Source: Chrysomallon squamiferum
Lineage: Eukaryota > Animalia > Mollusca
Length of the DNA: 64,000 nucleotides
Assembly: GCA_012295275.1 (NCBI GenBank)
Contig: CM022670.1
Span: 39,432,001 to 39,496,000 of the forward strand
Direction of reading: 5' to 3'
This document shows, one piece after another, positions 1 through 13,677 of this stretch; within the stretch, counting starts at the first letter, position 1; every line of letters begins with the position of its first letter. A program made the position numbers and the translations under genes. A model generated the notes under the pieces. It was not told the DNA's origin and did not search any database. It worked only from the letters and a program-made list of their open reading frames with translations.

Positions 1-51
1 CTTTATCTTTATCATCATCATCATCATCATTATCATCATCATTATTATTTA

Positions 52-88
<37 letters not shown>

Positions 89-153
89 GGCTACTTTTAT
101 ATAGATCTACATTTTTATAACTATAAATGGTTTTTTGCTAATAATGAACTTAC

Positions 154-1881
154 TGAAAATGCACCATACTGTATTAATTTTAATTTTATTCTTGGATCCT
201 GTAACATTCTAAATTTGAATGCAACCTGAAAAACAATAAATCACAGATTATATATAGACACATATTTAAAATTAATACTTGAAATTTCATGATTATGATA
301 TATGCAGGATTTCAAAAAAGGTGAAAATACTTTTATGATATGAAGGCTTCATTACAAACAAAATGTAATGGCAGCAAAAAAAATGAGGGTCTTTAGGTTT
401 GCAAACCTTCAAAAAACTGTGAATGCATTAGAATAAAAAAGTAATTTGTTTGTATAACAAAGAAAAACAAGAACATTTATTTTGTAATAGTTATCTGAGT
501 TTACTTTTATATTACTTTTATATTATTGTTGTTTCATAAAATTGTAGAAAACTTACTGCATGCCAAAAATGCATCAAAAATAAACCAAGTTCAGCAATAT
601 TGTTATCAAACTGTTTAAAAAGTTTCACATCGATAATCACTAATGCTTCAACAACAACAACATTTCTGTCGCCATTGACATCATCATCATCGTCATCATT
701 TAAATCACGTCGCCTTCGTATTTTTATAGTTCTCTGTGACAACTGGTTTCTGAATGACGATACTCTGACCTGCTTTGATGTAAAAGTTTCTTTCCAGTTA
801 TTTTCATTCTGGAACATTTCAGGAACTGAAAACAAGAAAAGAAAATCAGAGGCAGAAATTACCTATTGATACTAAAACACATTGTTTACGATACCAAAAA
901 CACAGTGAAAATGATTATTGATGTTATATTAATGTTATTCTGTGTACGTTGTTCCGTTATAATCAGTTTGTGTTACCATCAATGTAGTCCAGTGTTGCTT
1001 CTTCGTTACGTTCATAATGTTGTTGTTGTTGTTGCTGTTGTTTCCAGAAGGTGTGTTTCTCAGTATGTAGTGCTCTGCGATGACGTCGTTGTGATCCTGG
1101 TGGTGCTATGATGTATTCGTCATTGACAACACCTTCCTGTAGTAATACACCACCATTATAAATCATTCATATCTACAACAGTCTATTTAAATACCATTAA
1201 AAAGTTTTGTTAATATCATTAAATATTTATTTATTTATTTATTTATAATATTTATTTATTTATTTATTTATATTTTATTTATTTATTTATTTATTATATT
1301 TATTTATTATATTTATTAATATTTATTTATTTATTTAACTTATCTTTATTTATTTAACATTTATTTATTTATTTATTTAAAGTATCTTAATTTATTTATT
1401 TTTATTTTGTATTTTGCAAGTCTCTCTTTCTTTCTCTCTGTCACTGTCTCTGACTGAAGGTGAGATGGATTATGACTGTAATGTGTCAATATGTTTATTT
1501 TAGTAATTAAGTGTAATTTGTTTTAAAAATGTTTTAATAAAAATTCATACCACTAATGTGTTATCAAGAATGTCCTTTGTTACACTGACAATTGTCCCAG
1601 AGGTTTCATTGGAAAAAAACTGTCGACTATGGATATGAATGTGTTCCTGAAAGAAAAATGTATTTATTATTTATTTTACAAAAAACAAAAATGAATTGAT
1701 ATCTGATATTAAACTATTGTTTTTTGAAAAAGTAATTGTTAGTGAGCTGCTAATCAAAAAGTATTTTATATTTTTTTATTTTAATTTGACTTCTTTTCTT
1801 TTTCCCTTTACGCACACACACACACACACACACACACAGACATTTACTTCATTCTGCAACAGGTATAAACATCAAATATTT

Positions 1882-1920
<39 letters not shown>

Positions 1921-2341
1921 TGGGTAACTTAAAGTGTTGTGTGTTTTGTTGTCTCTTTTTGTCTCTTCCCTTTGTTTAATGTATAAATTACACAAGAATT
2001 CAGATCTCTACAGTGAAGAACAAGAATACACAATTTCAAAATACACACTGGGATATTTTCAAGATGAAATTCTGTGACATTATCTTCCTGTCCAGTGATG
2101 ACAAATGCCTCAGTGCTGTCATGGAAGACAGAATCCTCAACTCTGTTGACTACAATGTGGTGATTGTGTAGAGCTGTACTGATCTGAAGTAGCAGCTGAT
2201 TGTGTATTACTGGATCACCCTTTACTGTTACCAAGGCAGCAAGAGCCTCTACATCATCTTCATCTTCTTTGGTTTCTAGGATAATGTGTAACAAAAAGAA
2301 CTGGGAATCATAGAAGAAGAAGAAGAAGAAGAAGAAAAGAA

Positions 2342-2384
<43 letters not shown>

Positions 2385-4135
2385 GTTAAGGAGAATGAGG
2401 AGGATGGTGATGATGATGACAATAATGGTTAAAATACAAATACCATTACTCTTTGTAATAGTATTAATGATGATTTTAATAATAATAATAATGAGACAAC
2501 AAGAACTGAGATGATGATGATGAAATTGTTTCTACAAGAAATAACTGAAATGATAAACTGAAATGATAAACCAAGATGCTACTACACAAATATATGCTTA
2601 TAAGAAAGGGTGTGTCATAAAAATTCTTCTAAATCCTAAAAAATAAATTATCTTTTTCTAATTACAGATGAACTCAATCACCTCATGTAGGTGGCAAGGT
2701 ACGTCAGTAAAAAACTAATTTTCATACTTCATCATCATTGTCATTATCAACATCATTATTCACCTTTTTCCTAACTACCATACTGAAAGGTGTCGCGAAG
2801 AGTTCATTAATCAGGTCATGTTTGATCTTGTTCATGTTACATTCATCCCAAGGGGGCTTGGTATCTTGTACAAATCAGTTTGATATTGTTGGTGCTGGTC
2901 TGAAATCGCTGATATCGTGTGCTATGACACAAAGTCATTAAGTGAATGCTTTCTCACCTGTTTAATTACACAGACCATTCAAATTGTTTGATCATGTGTC
3001 ATATAGACTCACAGATAGATAGGTAGTTAGGTAGGTATATGGAGAGATGGATGGATGTATTTACAGACTGCTGTGTGTGGGTGAGCTGATGGATGATTGA
3101 ATGAACAGGTGGAGAAAGAGAAAATTAAAATAAAAAATATTAAAACAAATGTCTAACAAACAATAACATTATTTTTCAAAAACCCTGTATAACAATAATA
3201 GTAATAATAAACAAATACAATAAAAAAAAAAACCTGTTAAATGAATGCTAATTTTTTTCATTCTCATTTTTGTGAGTTGCTATAATGAGACATATCTTGT
3301 TATTTCTGAATTTGACCAATGGGAGTACTTGTGGGATTTAAAAAAATATATAAAACTTTTGGAAATCTATTTTTGGAAAGAACATACCTTTTTCTGAACC
3401 TCTTCTTTTTGTCATCCTGCATTCTGTATCCTACAGTTATATATAAATTATTAGTTGATTTTTGTTTTAAAATATCACCGTCATTAATTATTTTTCTATC
3501 AGTGGCTTTTTGATGTTCAAAATATTTTGAATTACACAATGTAATTTTTATTATTTTAAAAGTAGATTTTGTGAACAATAGTAATATATATATATATATA
3601 TATGTGGTATAGAATAGGGTTTATTTTTTTTTTAATTCAAACTGTAAATAAATAAATAAATAAATAAAATGAAATTTAAAAAAATAGAAAGAAAATGAAA
3701 AAAAGGAATGAAACAAAATACAAACTAACAAACTAAAAAAATTATTATAAAATACAATAAAATAAAATAAAAATATAAAAATTAAAATTAGAAAAAATCT
3801 GAATATTTCATTAAATGCTCTGGGTTTTTCTCATTTTTTTATTTTTTATTATTATTTTTAATTTTTCATTAAACATTTTATATATATTTTGGCATTTAGC
3901 AAAAAAAAATTGGCAAAAACATTGACATTTAGATGTTTTTAGTCAATTTAATATGTGGACTTAAACTTCAGTATTTAAAAAAAACAAAAAAGAGTAAAAA
4001 TAATTTGAAAAAATATTTATATAACTTATTTAAAATTTTAATACAAATGGAGTTCATTTTCAAATTTCTCCTTACCTGATATATAATCCCTAAACATGAA
4101 ATTAACAACAGAGCATGCCATGTGAAACACATCAT
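154..4135 (-). CDS. Secreted reprolysin/M12B (ADAM/ADAMTS-like) metalloprotease, 5' part; the zinc motif and C-terminus lie beyond the left edge
   Basis: Phase-consistent GT-AG exons: 4135-4076 (MMCFTWHALLLISCLGIIYQ, signal-like), 2300-2049 (alternative acceptor at 2275 possible), 1646-1551, 1136-977 (EGVVNDEYIIAP, prodomain G..EY.I.P motif), 825-557 (furin site KIRRRR, then VVVVEALVIIDVKLFKQF..LFLMHFWHA), 225-154 (VAFKFRMLQDPRIKLKLIQYGAFS). This matches the start of the M12B catalytic domain (VEvLvvvD...lmn.V...y.dP.I.l.l). HExxH is not in the window. Confidence 0.75.
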
Positions 4136-4745
4136 AATCCAAATGATTCCTATTTCAACAGTCCAAAAAGAGATCTCTCAAAAATCAGTTAACAGATCAG
4201 AAATGAAAGCACAGCAATCTACTCATTAGGACACTCATTAATTTGTCACCATGCAGCTCAAATTTATGATTGATAGCATTTCATAGCCGGAAGTGTTTTT
4301 GAAAAAAATTTTCTCTCCCCACCATAACCTCAACAAATATTTTACGATTGAAAATGTTTTAGCAGTACAGAATGCTCTTTCAAAGTGTTGTGCACTACTG
4401 ACATGCTCGTTAATCAAAGGTGTCATTTATTTTTTAATTCTTTCAGTTTTGCTGGTTGTCATTATTATCATCATTATCACCATCTTTATGTTGGGACTTC
4501 TAAATCTTTGGTTGTCAGTGCATACGTATTATGTTGTGGAGTTAGTATTTGCTTCTTTATTTTTTTTTAGTTAGATTATTTTCTATTGCTGCTTTGATTT
4601 TGGTTTTTTTCTCTGAAATGCAATTTGATAAAACTAAATAAAGAGGTTGTGCATCCAATTAAGAAGTAGCTGTTGAAAGCCTGTCTTTCAGTTATTTATA
4701 ATTATGCTTTCATATGTAACTGAGTATGTACATACAACATACCTG

Positions 4746-4958
4746 TTAAACCATATTTATACAATATCACAAAATATTGTCTAATCTTGTAAAATCTTAT
4801 CTCTGTAGCAGTTCAGATGTTTGAGTAGTTGTTTTTAATTAGTTCAGTTTCAAGATCAACTGATTAAACCATATACATACAGTATCACAAAATATTGTCT
4901 AATCTTGTAAAATTATATCAGAGTAGTTGTCTTTAATTTATTCAGTTGCAAGATCAGC
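4746..4958. repeat. Local imperfect tandem duplication (~119-bp unit, 2 copies)
   Basis: TATCACAAAATATTGTCTAATCTTGTAAAA and GAGTAGTTGT..TTCAGTT..AAGATCA each occur twice, about 100-119 bp apart. Confidence 0.8.
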
Positions 4959-5942
4959 CAGTTTACTGGACATAATTGATCTGAAACTTTTTATTAACTG
5001 ACATTAGTGATCTTGTATAAAAGAACTGCGATCAATTTTTGAATGACATTTTTTTTTACATTTAATTAGTATAAAAAAAAAAATAAAAAAAATGGTATCT
5101 AATGTCCATTAAAAGAAAAAATTATATAAATATCATAGTAAATAAATAACTGTCATGTTGATGAAAGTTTATAAATATTTATATTTCAATGAAATTGTAT
5201 TTTATATCCAGAAATAGAATTAAATAAGATAAATTTCAATATTAAACAATGAATCAGTAATTTTTGATTTTATAATGACTTTTAAAATAATAATAATAAT
5301 AAGAAGAAAAGAAATAAGAAATATCAGTTACAGTTGTGGATTGTTACTACAAACTGTTTATGAGAAATTCTGTTTCTTGATCACAGTCTTTGTAATACAT
5401 GAATACTTTTAGAATTAAAGCAAAACATAACTGATTCTAAACAGAAAACACTAACAAAAGGAATTTTAAAAATAGTATTTATATTTCAAAACAGGTATCA
5501 AAATCAAATCTACATCTAATTGTTACTAAATGATGATAATAATAAGAAGAAATATTTAACAGTATTTATTATTCAAATTGGTATCTGAATTAAAAAATAA
5601 TTTCTTGTACATAATTAGAAATGTTTATAAAAATATGTGTATGTAGTTTTCAATTTCTTTAAATGAAACAGGCAAAATAAAACAATTCTGGATGTAATTC
5701 AGCACTGATCTAATTTTTATAAACAATTACAATTATGCGTATTTATGTGACCATCATATAGTATGTGGACATTTTACTTTAGGTCACAAATCTCAAACTA
5801 ATCAATAAAGTTGTCTGTCTTCCCCTTTTAAATCAATGATTAAAAAAAAAAATCTATGTAAATGGTGAGGAGGTTAAAATTCTGATGTTTTTTAAATTTC
5901 AAACCTGCAGAAATAAAATAATAAATATGAAATGGGTAAAAT

Positions 5943-7682
5943 TTAATCAGAAAAGTTACAGTTTTCAGTCTGGGCCGGTAAATTAAGAAAAGCTCGATGT
6001 ATTAAAACCTTCTGACAACCGAACATGTTAGCTTTTCTGAAGAGAGCATGAGGCAGAGTACACGGTTTTCTTGCAGAGTTCTCATCGCTGGTAATGTCCA
6101 CACTGATCATGTCATCAAACGACTCACTGCCCGATGGGTACCTCGTTTCTCCTCCTGCAACAACCAGGTCACCTTTGTGAAGGAACACACCAAAATTGTA
6201 ACGGTCGAAGTTTGGAATTTTTGTGAAAGGAAACAGAGACCCATCTTCAAAAACTCTCTTAATGACTCCATTGGTGAAAACAAGAAAAATTTCGTCCTCT
6301 ACCACCAAAGTTCTGCTTTCAGAGGTTGGAGTTGGCAAGTACGTTGCTATGCTAGCAGTTCCAGTTTCAATGTCCATCACTTGAACTTCTTGTGTCTGTC
6401 TGTTCAGAGTTCCTCGCCCACCGAACACCAGCAGTGATTTGCCAACAATGGCTGAAGAGGTGGAGTAGACACCAAACACAAGATCACTAAAATGTCGCCA
6501 GGAACACTGAGAAACATCGTAAATGTCAATGCCAGTCAGTGCACCTTGGTGTTTATTGCACCCACCAATAACGTAGAGGGATTCCCGATCTGAAATCATT
6601 TCGTGGTAGCATCGTTTGACAGTCATCTTGGGACAGTCCAGCCACTGGTTTATCTCACTGTTGTACCTTATCAAGTAGGTCTGCATTCCAGACTTTCCTG
6701 AAACATATACATCATTAGCATGTGTACAGACAGCAAATCCAACACCAGGATCTACTGGTAGAGGTTCTAGACTAAACCACTGTTTCTGAATGAAGCTGTA
6801 AGCATTGACACAAGGGTGCAGTCCAGCTGATGTTCTCACTCCCAAGGCAATCAGGACTTCTTCAAAATGTCTGAGATTAACATTGTCCAGAGATGACTGT
6901 TCAGATCTGTTTGTCCTTTCACAAAGAACTGGCTCGATTATACTGACTATATCATTGTCTTTATTTCCATATGAAAGAATCTTTTCTAAAGTTTTGTTTG
7001 ACAGAAGTGGCACTCTCAGGCACTGACAGATTTGCTGGAGATGAACAGACCTGGTGAAGTCATGTTCCACCCACTGCAAAGCTGTGTCAGCGACAGTGTC
7101 TTCATCTGGCAGTCTCAACTCATTGTCAGAAAGAAACAGAACAAGTTCATCGATATCCAGCGACATAATGTCTCCAGCCTTGAATATCTCACCAAAATGT
7201 CTCAGTATAAATCTGTATGCTTTCTTGAACATTGATTCACAATTCAAACATTTCGCCAGCTTCCAGATTCCAATAGCATTCTCAGCTGAGAGCTGCTCTG
7301 TGTAAAAATGTTCACAGTAGTTTTGTAAACACTTTAATTGAAGCAGAGTGGAAGCTCGTAACATGTCTTCTGCACTGTCAGCATGAACAACACAGCACTG
7401 TCCTTCATAGTAAAAGGTGAGAACATCCTGAAATATTTTACTGGAAATGCCCGACAGCGTAACTTTTCCCTCAAGACTTTCTTTCATGCCTGATGTAAAC
7501 ATTGCTTGGAAATAGTCAGAAATAGCACACAAAACAACTCTGTGACATCGAAATGTCGTTCCATCAACCTCTATCTCAGTGTCAGTGAATGCAGCAGTGT
7601 CCAGACAGCGTTTCAGACCATCTAGAACTGAAAAAGCTATCTTCCAGTTCCAACAGTCAGTCTGAGAATTTCTTTCCATCAT
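5943..7682 (-). CDS. Kelch-like protein (BTB-BACK-Kelch; KLHL24-like CUL3 adaptor), single coding exon, 579 aa
   Basis: BTB (FTDTEIEVDGTTFRCHRVVLCAISDYFQAMFTSGMKES), BACK (ENAIGIW..DEDTVADTALQWVEHD..R) and Kelch repeats (LYVIGG, LLVFGG, LVVAGG). A probable 5'UTR intron spans 7736-8409 (donor GTGAGA, acceptor TTTTTAATACAG). Confidence 0.95.
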   Translation of the reverse strand: MMERNSQTDCWNWKIAFSVLDGLKRCLDTAAFTDTEIEVDGTTFRCHRVVLCAISDYFQAMFTSGMKESLEGKVTLSGISSKIFQDVLTFYYEGQCCVVHADSAEDMLRASTLLQLKCLQNYCEHFYTEQLSAENAIGIWKLAKCLNCESMFKKAYRFILRHFGEIFKAGDIMSLDIDELVLFLSDNELRLPDEDTVADTALQWVEHDFTRSVHLQQICQCLRVPLLSNKTLEKILSYGNKDNDIVSIIEPVLCERTNRSEQSSLDNVNLRHFEEVLIALGVRTSAGLHPCVNAYSFIQKQWFSLEPLPVDPGVGFAVCTHANDVYVSGKSGMQTYLIRYNSEINQWLDCPKMTVKRCYHEMISDRESLYVIGGCNKHQGALTGIDIYDVSQCSWRHFSDLVFGVYSTSSAIVGKSLLVFGGRGTLNRQTQEVQVMDIETGTASIATYLPTPTSESRTLVVEDEIFLVFTNGVIKRVFEDGSLFPFTKIPNFDRYNFGVFLHKGDLVVAGGETRYPSGSESFDDMISVDITSDENSARKPCTLPHALFRKANMFGCQKVLIHRAFLNLPAQTENCNFSD

Positions 7683-8409
7683 ATGTTTTTTTTGCTGTGT
7701 ACTTATTTCAGCTTAAGTCTTGATGGTATTTCTTTCTGTATTAAAAAAAGTTACATACTTAATGTTCATTTAAATTTAAAAAAAAAAAAAAAAATGAATA
7801 CAAAATAAATACATAATAATAATAAAAAAAAAAAAAAATACAATAAAATAAAATAAAAAAAATAATAAAAAGAAAATAATAACAATAACAATAACAAAAA
7901 CAAAATAATGTACTGATGAGATATAAATTATAAGGCTAAAACGTTTAAATATAATATTTTTATATATTTATAATAATATTAATATTGTTATTTATCTTGA
8001 TAAACTGTTTGCTATAGCTCTTTGTTTAATTCAATGTAATATAGAATTTAAAAATTTGAATTGTTTAATATCCTGTATTACCTAAATGAATACAATAATA
8101 TTTATAAATTTTAAAATAAAAACGAAAAGGTGTCGTAAATACATCTAATAAAAATTTCCCTTAAGTTTCCATCTTAGTGAAGTACTTGGGGATCTCAAAA
8201 AAGCATTTGGGTTGGGCCCTACCTCTTATTAAGTTGATTATACAATTAATAACCCGAAACTGGAAATTCTGTCACAACAATTTATTAATTACGATCACAT
8301 TAATAGCTTTATCTTCCTATAAATATTTCTCGAAATCTAAGTTAATATCAATGTATGACTTTAATTTCTTATGTTTGTTGAATAAAATACCTATACAGTA
8401 TACTCTCAC

Positions 8410-8811
8410 TTTGTTATGAATCACTGGACGAAAACAACATAGATACAAGTTTGGAGACTTATTAGATTGATGTCCCTTGATTTACCAAGGGACATAATTA
8501 TCCTGAAACAACCATTACCCAGTCACCGAGACAGAAATCTATAGTAACTTAACATTAAAATAGACGTACAAAATTTCAGCGGTCCACTGTTTGATTTTAA
8601 ACTAAATATTCGGTTATTCGGTCTCGATCGATACGAAATATTCATTTGTTTGTTTCACACAAGTTATACTATTCAACTGTACTTTTGTTTACACAAAAAC
8701 CTATACGTATAATACTGTATACGGTACACTGAAGTGTACACTAACACTGATACAGTTTTAAGCAGAATAAGGGATAATTTTATAAAAGGAAAAGTAATAA
8801 ACATAGACGTC
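8410..8811. promoter_or_regulatory. Probable bidirectional promoter shared by the Kelch gene (-) and ASNSD1 (+)
   Basis: Head-to-head arrangement: the Kelch 5'UTR exon donor is at 8409 and the ASNSD1 ATG at 8812. There is a local CpG cluster at ~8580-8635 in an otherwise CpG-poor region. Confidence 0.55.
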
Positions 8812-8884
8812 ATGTGCGGAATTTGCTGTGTACTGTCTCCTGCATGGCTTGAGATCAATATCGTAATTATCATCATCATCACCG

Positions 8885-8982
<98 letters not shown>

Positions 8983-11900
8983 CAAAGCAAGAGTAAAATA
9001 AAATTAAAAAGAAACGAGTTTTCTTGATTCTGAAATTATATGAAGGTTTTATAAGTAAAAAAAAATAATTTATTTTGACTCGGCATTTATGCGAAGAAAA
9101 AACCCGTTAGTGTTTAAGTTTGTTGTTTTGTAGTTATTCATTTTAAGTACTAATAGTATAGTGTTAGTCTTCATTTTTTTTTAAGTACCAGAAATCATTC
9201 ACCAATTTATTTGTTTCATTTATGGCAGGAACAGATAAAAAAGACATCCACTTTGCAGAATCGTGGTCCAGATTTCCATAGTCATTATGTTTCTAATATT
9301 TCGGACGATTTCTCAATTCACTTGTTTGGATTTGTTTTACATCTGCGTGGAAATGGAACACAACAGCCTGTTGGGAATGAAAACAAAGACCAGTTACTTT
9401 GGAATGGAGAAATATTTGGAGGATACACAGTAATTATTAAAACATCATCTCTCTCTGAACAACCATCATTCATTCATTTTTGTTGTTATTATTATTATTT
9501 TAATTTTTATTAACTGTTTCTAATGTTATTGTACATACCATAACTAGATTTAGACTAAGCCTCTAAACCAGTACATTCCATTTTTTCATGATAAGCTTAT
9601 CAGTAAATTATTAAGTTTATCCTTTAAGTTTCTGTTCACATGCACACATATCACACACACACACACACACCCACTAGCATGGATACATACACAAAGTAAA
9701 GACTGTACTGGAATTATATATTTATGAATATTTCAGGTCGATGAAGAATGTAACGACACAGAGTTTCTGTATGGATGTCTGTCAGACAGTTCAGAGCCAT
9801 GTGACATCATTCACACACTGGCTAGAGTTCAAGGACCATGGTCATTTATATTCTGGCAGGTAACAAATACTCTTTGAAAATATATTTCTGCTGAACTGTT
9901 GTATATTGATGGAGATAATCAGCAATTCATATATAATGATGTTACCTATCATAAACTGAATGAAGCATCATTCCTTACTACAAAGCTGTAGTGAGATAAA
10001 ATTACTGTAAGACCAAGGCAGTCTGGTCTTTGCTGTAACTGAGGCTTTTTATCTTGTTTTAGTAATGCATCAGGTTATAAAGGACACACAAACAGCCATT
10101 TAACAAACAAAAATAGAAACATTTATTATTATTTTTTGCTGACCAGAGATATTAACTTTTGAAACATAAAAGGGAAACAAAAAAAAAATTAAATTTGGAG
10201 TAATAATTATTTCACATTTATTGTATTAAAATAGTGAGTTTAAAATAACATACAATTGGATTTGTGATTTTTGTTTTCAGGCTAAATATCATCGGTTGTG
10301 GTTTGGAAGAGATGTGTTTGGAAGAAGAAGTTTGTTCTGGCATTTACCAGAAAATGAATCCGATGTTTTCTGTTTGTCTTCAGTCCAAGTAGAACCCTGG
10401 GTTAGATAAAAAGTTTTTTAAAAAATGTATTCTTAAAATTGTAAATTAATCTAACTCACAACAGACCCTTGAGATAATGTTCTTGTTAGAAATGTTGTTT
10501 ACAATAACAGATACCAGTTAGATCTGATTAAATTAAGTTTAATTCATGTAAACCTATTAACTTTATAATTTTAAATAATATATATAATATTTCATTCTTT
10601 TATGTATATTTACTCTGTATTTAATACTAGTAAATTAACACAGGAATTTAAAAATATTGATTTAAAAAAAAAAAATGTTTTCCTTTCTGTTTCAGAGATT
10701 TTCTGAAATCCCATCTGTAGGAATTTTTTGTCTACAGTTTTCAGACAATCCATCGAACACATTAAATTCAAAACCAGAATTAACTCTTTATCCTTGGCCA
10801 GATGTTGTCTGGCCTGGTACCACAAACCTAGTCACTTCAACCAGTCCAGACAGTCTTAAACAGCACCTTTATACTGATCATACATATTTTAATGTAGGCA
10901 TGGACACAAGTTTGAAATTTTCAACATGGATGCCAACCTTTAACTCAGAATTACCTTCCAGTGATTGGTCAGTGCCTTCATGTGACCAGACTGTAACAAA
11001 TAATAAGGAATCAATGGTAGAATATTTAAGAAATTTGACTGAAAATAATGAAGTTTTAAGAAAAGCTGCAAGACAGTTTGTGAATTTACTTCAGACAGCA
11101 GTGAAAATAAGAAGTTATAATCTGCCACGAGTGAAAAAACATTGCCAAGAAAAACATGTTTGCACACCTAGTCAGTGTTATCCTGATATAGATGTTAATG
11201 ATATAGGTGAAACTGTCACAGGAGACTGTGTGTTAAATAATGAAAGCAGCAGTGTTACCAAATTAGCAGAAAAATTAACAGTTGGTGAAAATGAAGAATG
11301 GAGTAATGATGTAGATCTTTCAGAAGAGAATCTCGATGCAGTAAGACCAGAAGCTCATGTTGCTGTATTATTTTCTGGAGGAATTGATTCCACAGTTATA
11401 GCAGCTTTAGCAGACAGGTATTTTTATATGTGATATATTTCATATTTGGGTATATAAGTGTTTTGTTTTTATTTTCATTACAAGAAATCTGAAGATACAT
11501 TTAGGTTAAGGATCATTATACATATCATCTCTACTAATGTTAACAACATCTGTAAACAAAATGTTTATACAGTTTTGTTCTTCAGTTAGTTAGTTATCTA
11601 ATGCTATCTAATTTTATTTTAAAAATTATCTGACACAGTTTTATTAACTTGATTTACCATAATATAACTATTAAACTGTTAATACTACTATTACTACTAC
11701 TACTACTACTAATAATAATAATACAAAAAATAAGTAAAGATGTTTTTATTTTACAGAGTGATTCCACCAGATGAATCAATTGATTTATTAAACGTAGCTT
11801 TTGAACAAGCCAAAAATGGTCCTCTTAAGAAAAATGAAAAGAAACAGAAGACTGAAGGGTTTGTATTTTTAATTTGATTGTAATTTAATAGTTCAATAAT

Positions 11901-12612
11901 TTATGTATAAATAAGAAACATTAATTGCACAGTTGGACAGCTGAAATGCTAAACTTAAAACAAATGATTTTACTATAAGGCCATTGTTCTGAATTCAGCA
12001 AAGGAATTGGCCTTTTTAATCAACATTAAACTACAGATAGACAAAGTATTTATCTATCTATCTATCTATATATCTATATCTATATCTATTTATTATTATT
12101 ATTATTATTATTATTGTTGCTATTATTATTGTTGTTATTGTTATTGTTATTGTTATTGATATTATTATTGCTATTGCTATTATTATTATTATTATTATTA
12201 ATGTTGTTATTGGTATTGCTATTACTATTATTAGTATTGTTGTTATTGTTATTATTGTTATTATTATTGTTGTTGTTATAGTTATTATTGTTGTTGTTGT
12301 TGTTATTGTTATTATTATCCTTTTTCAGAAGTCAGTGTCAACAGGAGAAAAACTTTGAAGTCCCTGATAGACTGACTGGATACACAGCTTTGTCTGAATT
12401 AAACCCAAAACGAATTTGGAATTTTATAGAGGTTGTTAATAATTATTCATTTACTAATGCTAACAGTTATCAGTTTATGAAAAGTTTAATTAATTAGACA
12501 GTGGATCATTAAAAGAAGAAAGGAATAGAAAATAGGCATATAATTTCATCTGTTAAAACATAAAAATGATTGCAGATATTAAATTATGATATCTGCACAG
12601 TTATTTTGAAAT

Positions 12613-12646
<34 letters not shown>

Positions 12647-13638
12647 TTGTCTAATTTCAGATCAATGTAACCAAGTCCGAACTTCAGGAATTTAGGTAAA
12701 TGTTTTGACATTATCAGTATTGCTGTTATTGTTATTATTAATTAATTCAGATATTACTACTGCTACCATTGTGTTTTGTTTCAAGTTTGAAAGCAAAATA
12801 TGCTTCATTGAAGAATACCTTTGATAATATGGACAAATAACATAAGTACAGGTTATGTACTTCAGAGTCATTGTTTTATTTATTTTAAATACTAACCTTT
12901 GCTAATAATAAAGCATAACAGTCTCAAAAATGAAGATGCATATAAAATAGTGTAAGTTTATGTTCAGAGATGGGTTTTTTTTTTAAAAGAAACAAAAAAA
13001 GAGGCTTTTTAGACATAGGGTATGGCAGAGGCAATCCTTAAAAAGAAGAAAACTGTAGAAATTAACTAAATGGATGACTGCAGATAATGGTGAATTGATT
13101 TTCAGATGCCAGAGAGTGAGCAGTTTGATTTATCCTCTCAATTCAGTCCTGGATGACAGTATTGGCTGTGCAGTGTGGTTTGCAGCAAGAGGTGAAGGCA
13201 TTGTGGGTAATGGGCCAAACAGAGGCATGAAGTACAAGAGCAGTGCAAAAGTAACATATTTCAGAAAAAGGCATTTGAAAAAAAAATCTATAACTCCAAA
13301 AAAAAAAAAAAAAAAAAAATAATAATAAAAAAAAAAAAAAAAAAATCCTACATGATATTATAAATCTACAAATGGTAATAATGTTTCTAAGGCATAAAAG
13401 ATTATCAACAGTGATTATGTTGTTTGAAATCCAGCTTTGAGGTGAAATTTTTATTATTATTTGTTTTTTTTTAATTAGGAAAGATTTCATTGTAAAATTT
13501 GATGTTATAAAGAAAACTGTTTGATTGCAGGTTATTCTCTGTGGAATGGGAGCTGATGAACAGTTGGCTGGTTATTCCAGACACAGATCCACTTTCAGGT
13601 TTTTACACTTTTCTTTGCAATAACACAGCTTTTACCCA

Positions 13639-13677
<39 letters not shown>

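Noticed and set aside
2784-2957. Exon-like 174-nt segment inside the metalloprotease intron
   Set aside because: It has stops in all three minus-strand frames and is not needed for a phase-consistent model.
6048-7305. Plus-strand ORFs overlapping the Kelch gene
   Set aside because: Antisense shadows of a coding sequence, with no recognisable motifs.
8500-8811. ASDURF-like upstream ORF known from vertebrate ASNSD1
   Set aside because: No ATG-initiated ORF of suitable length lies upstream of the ASNSD1 start; the 8734 ORF is only an in-frame GTG extension.
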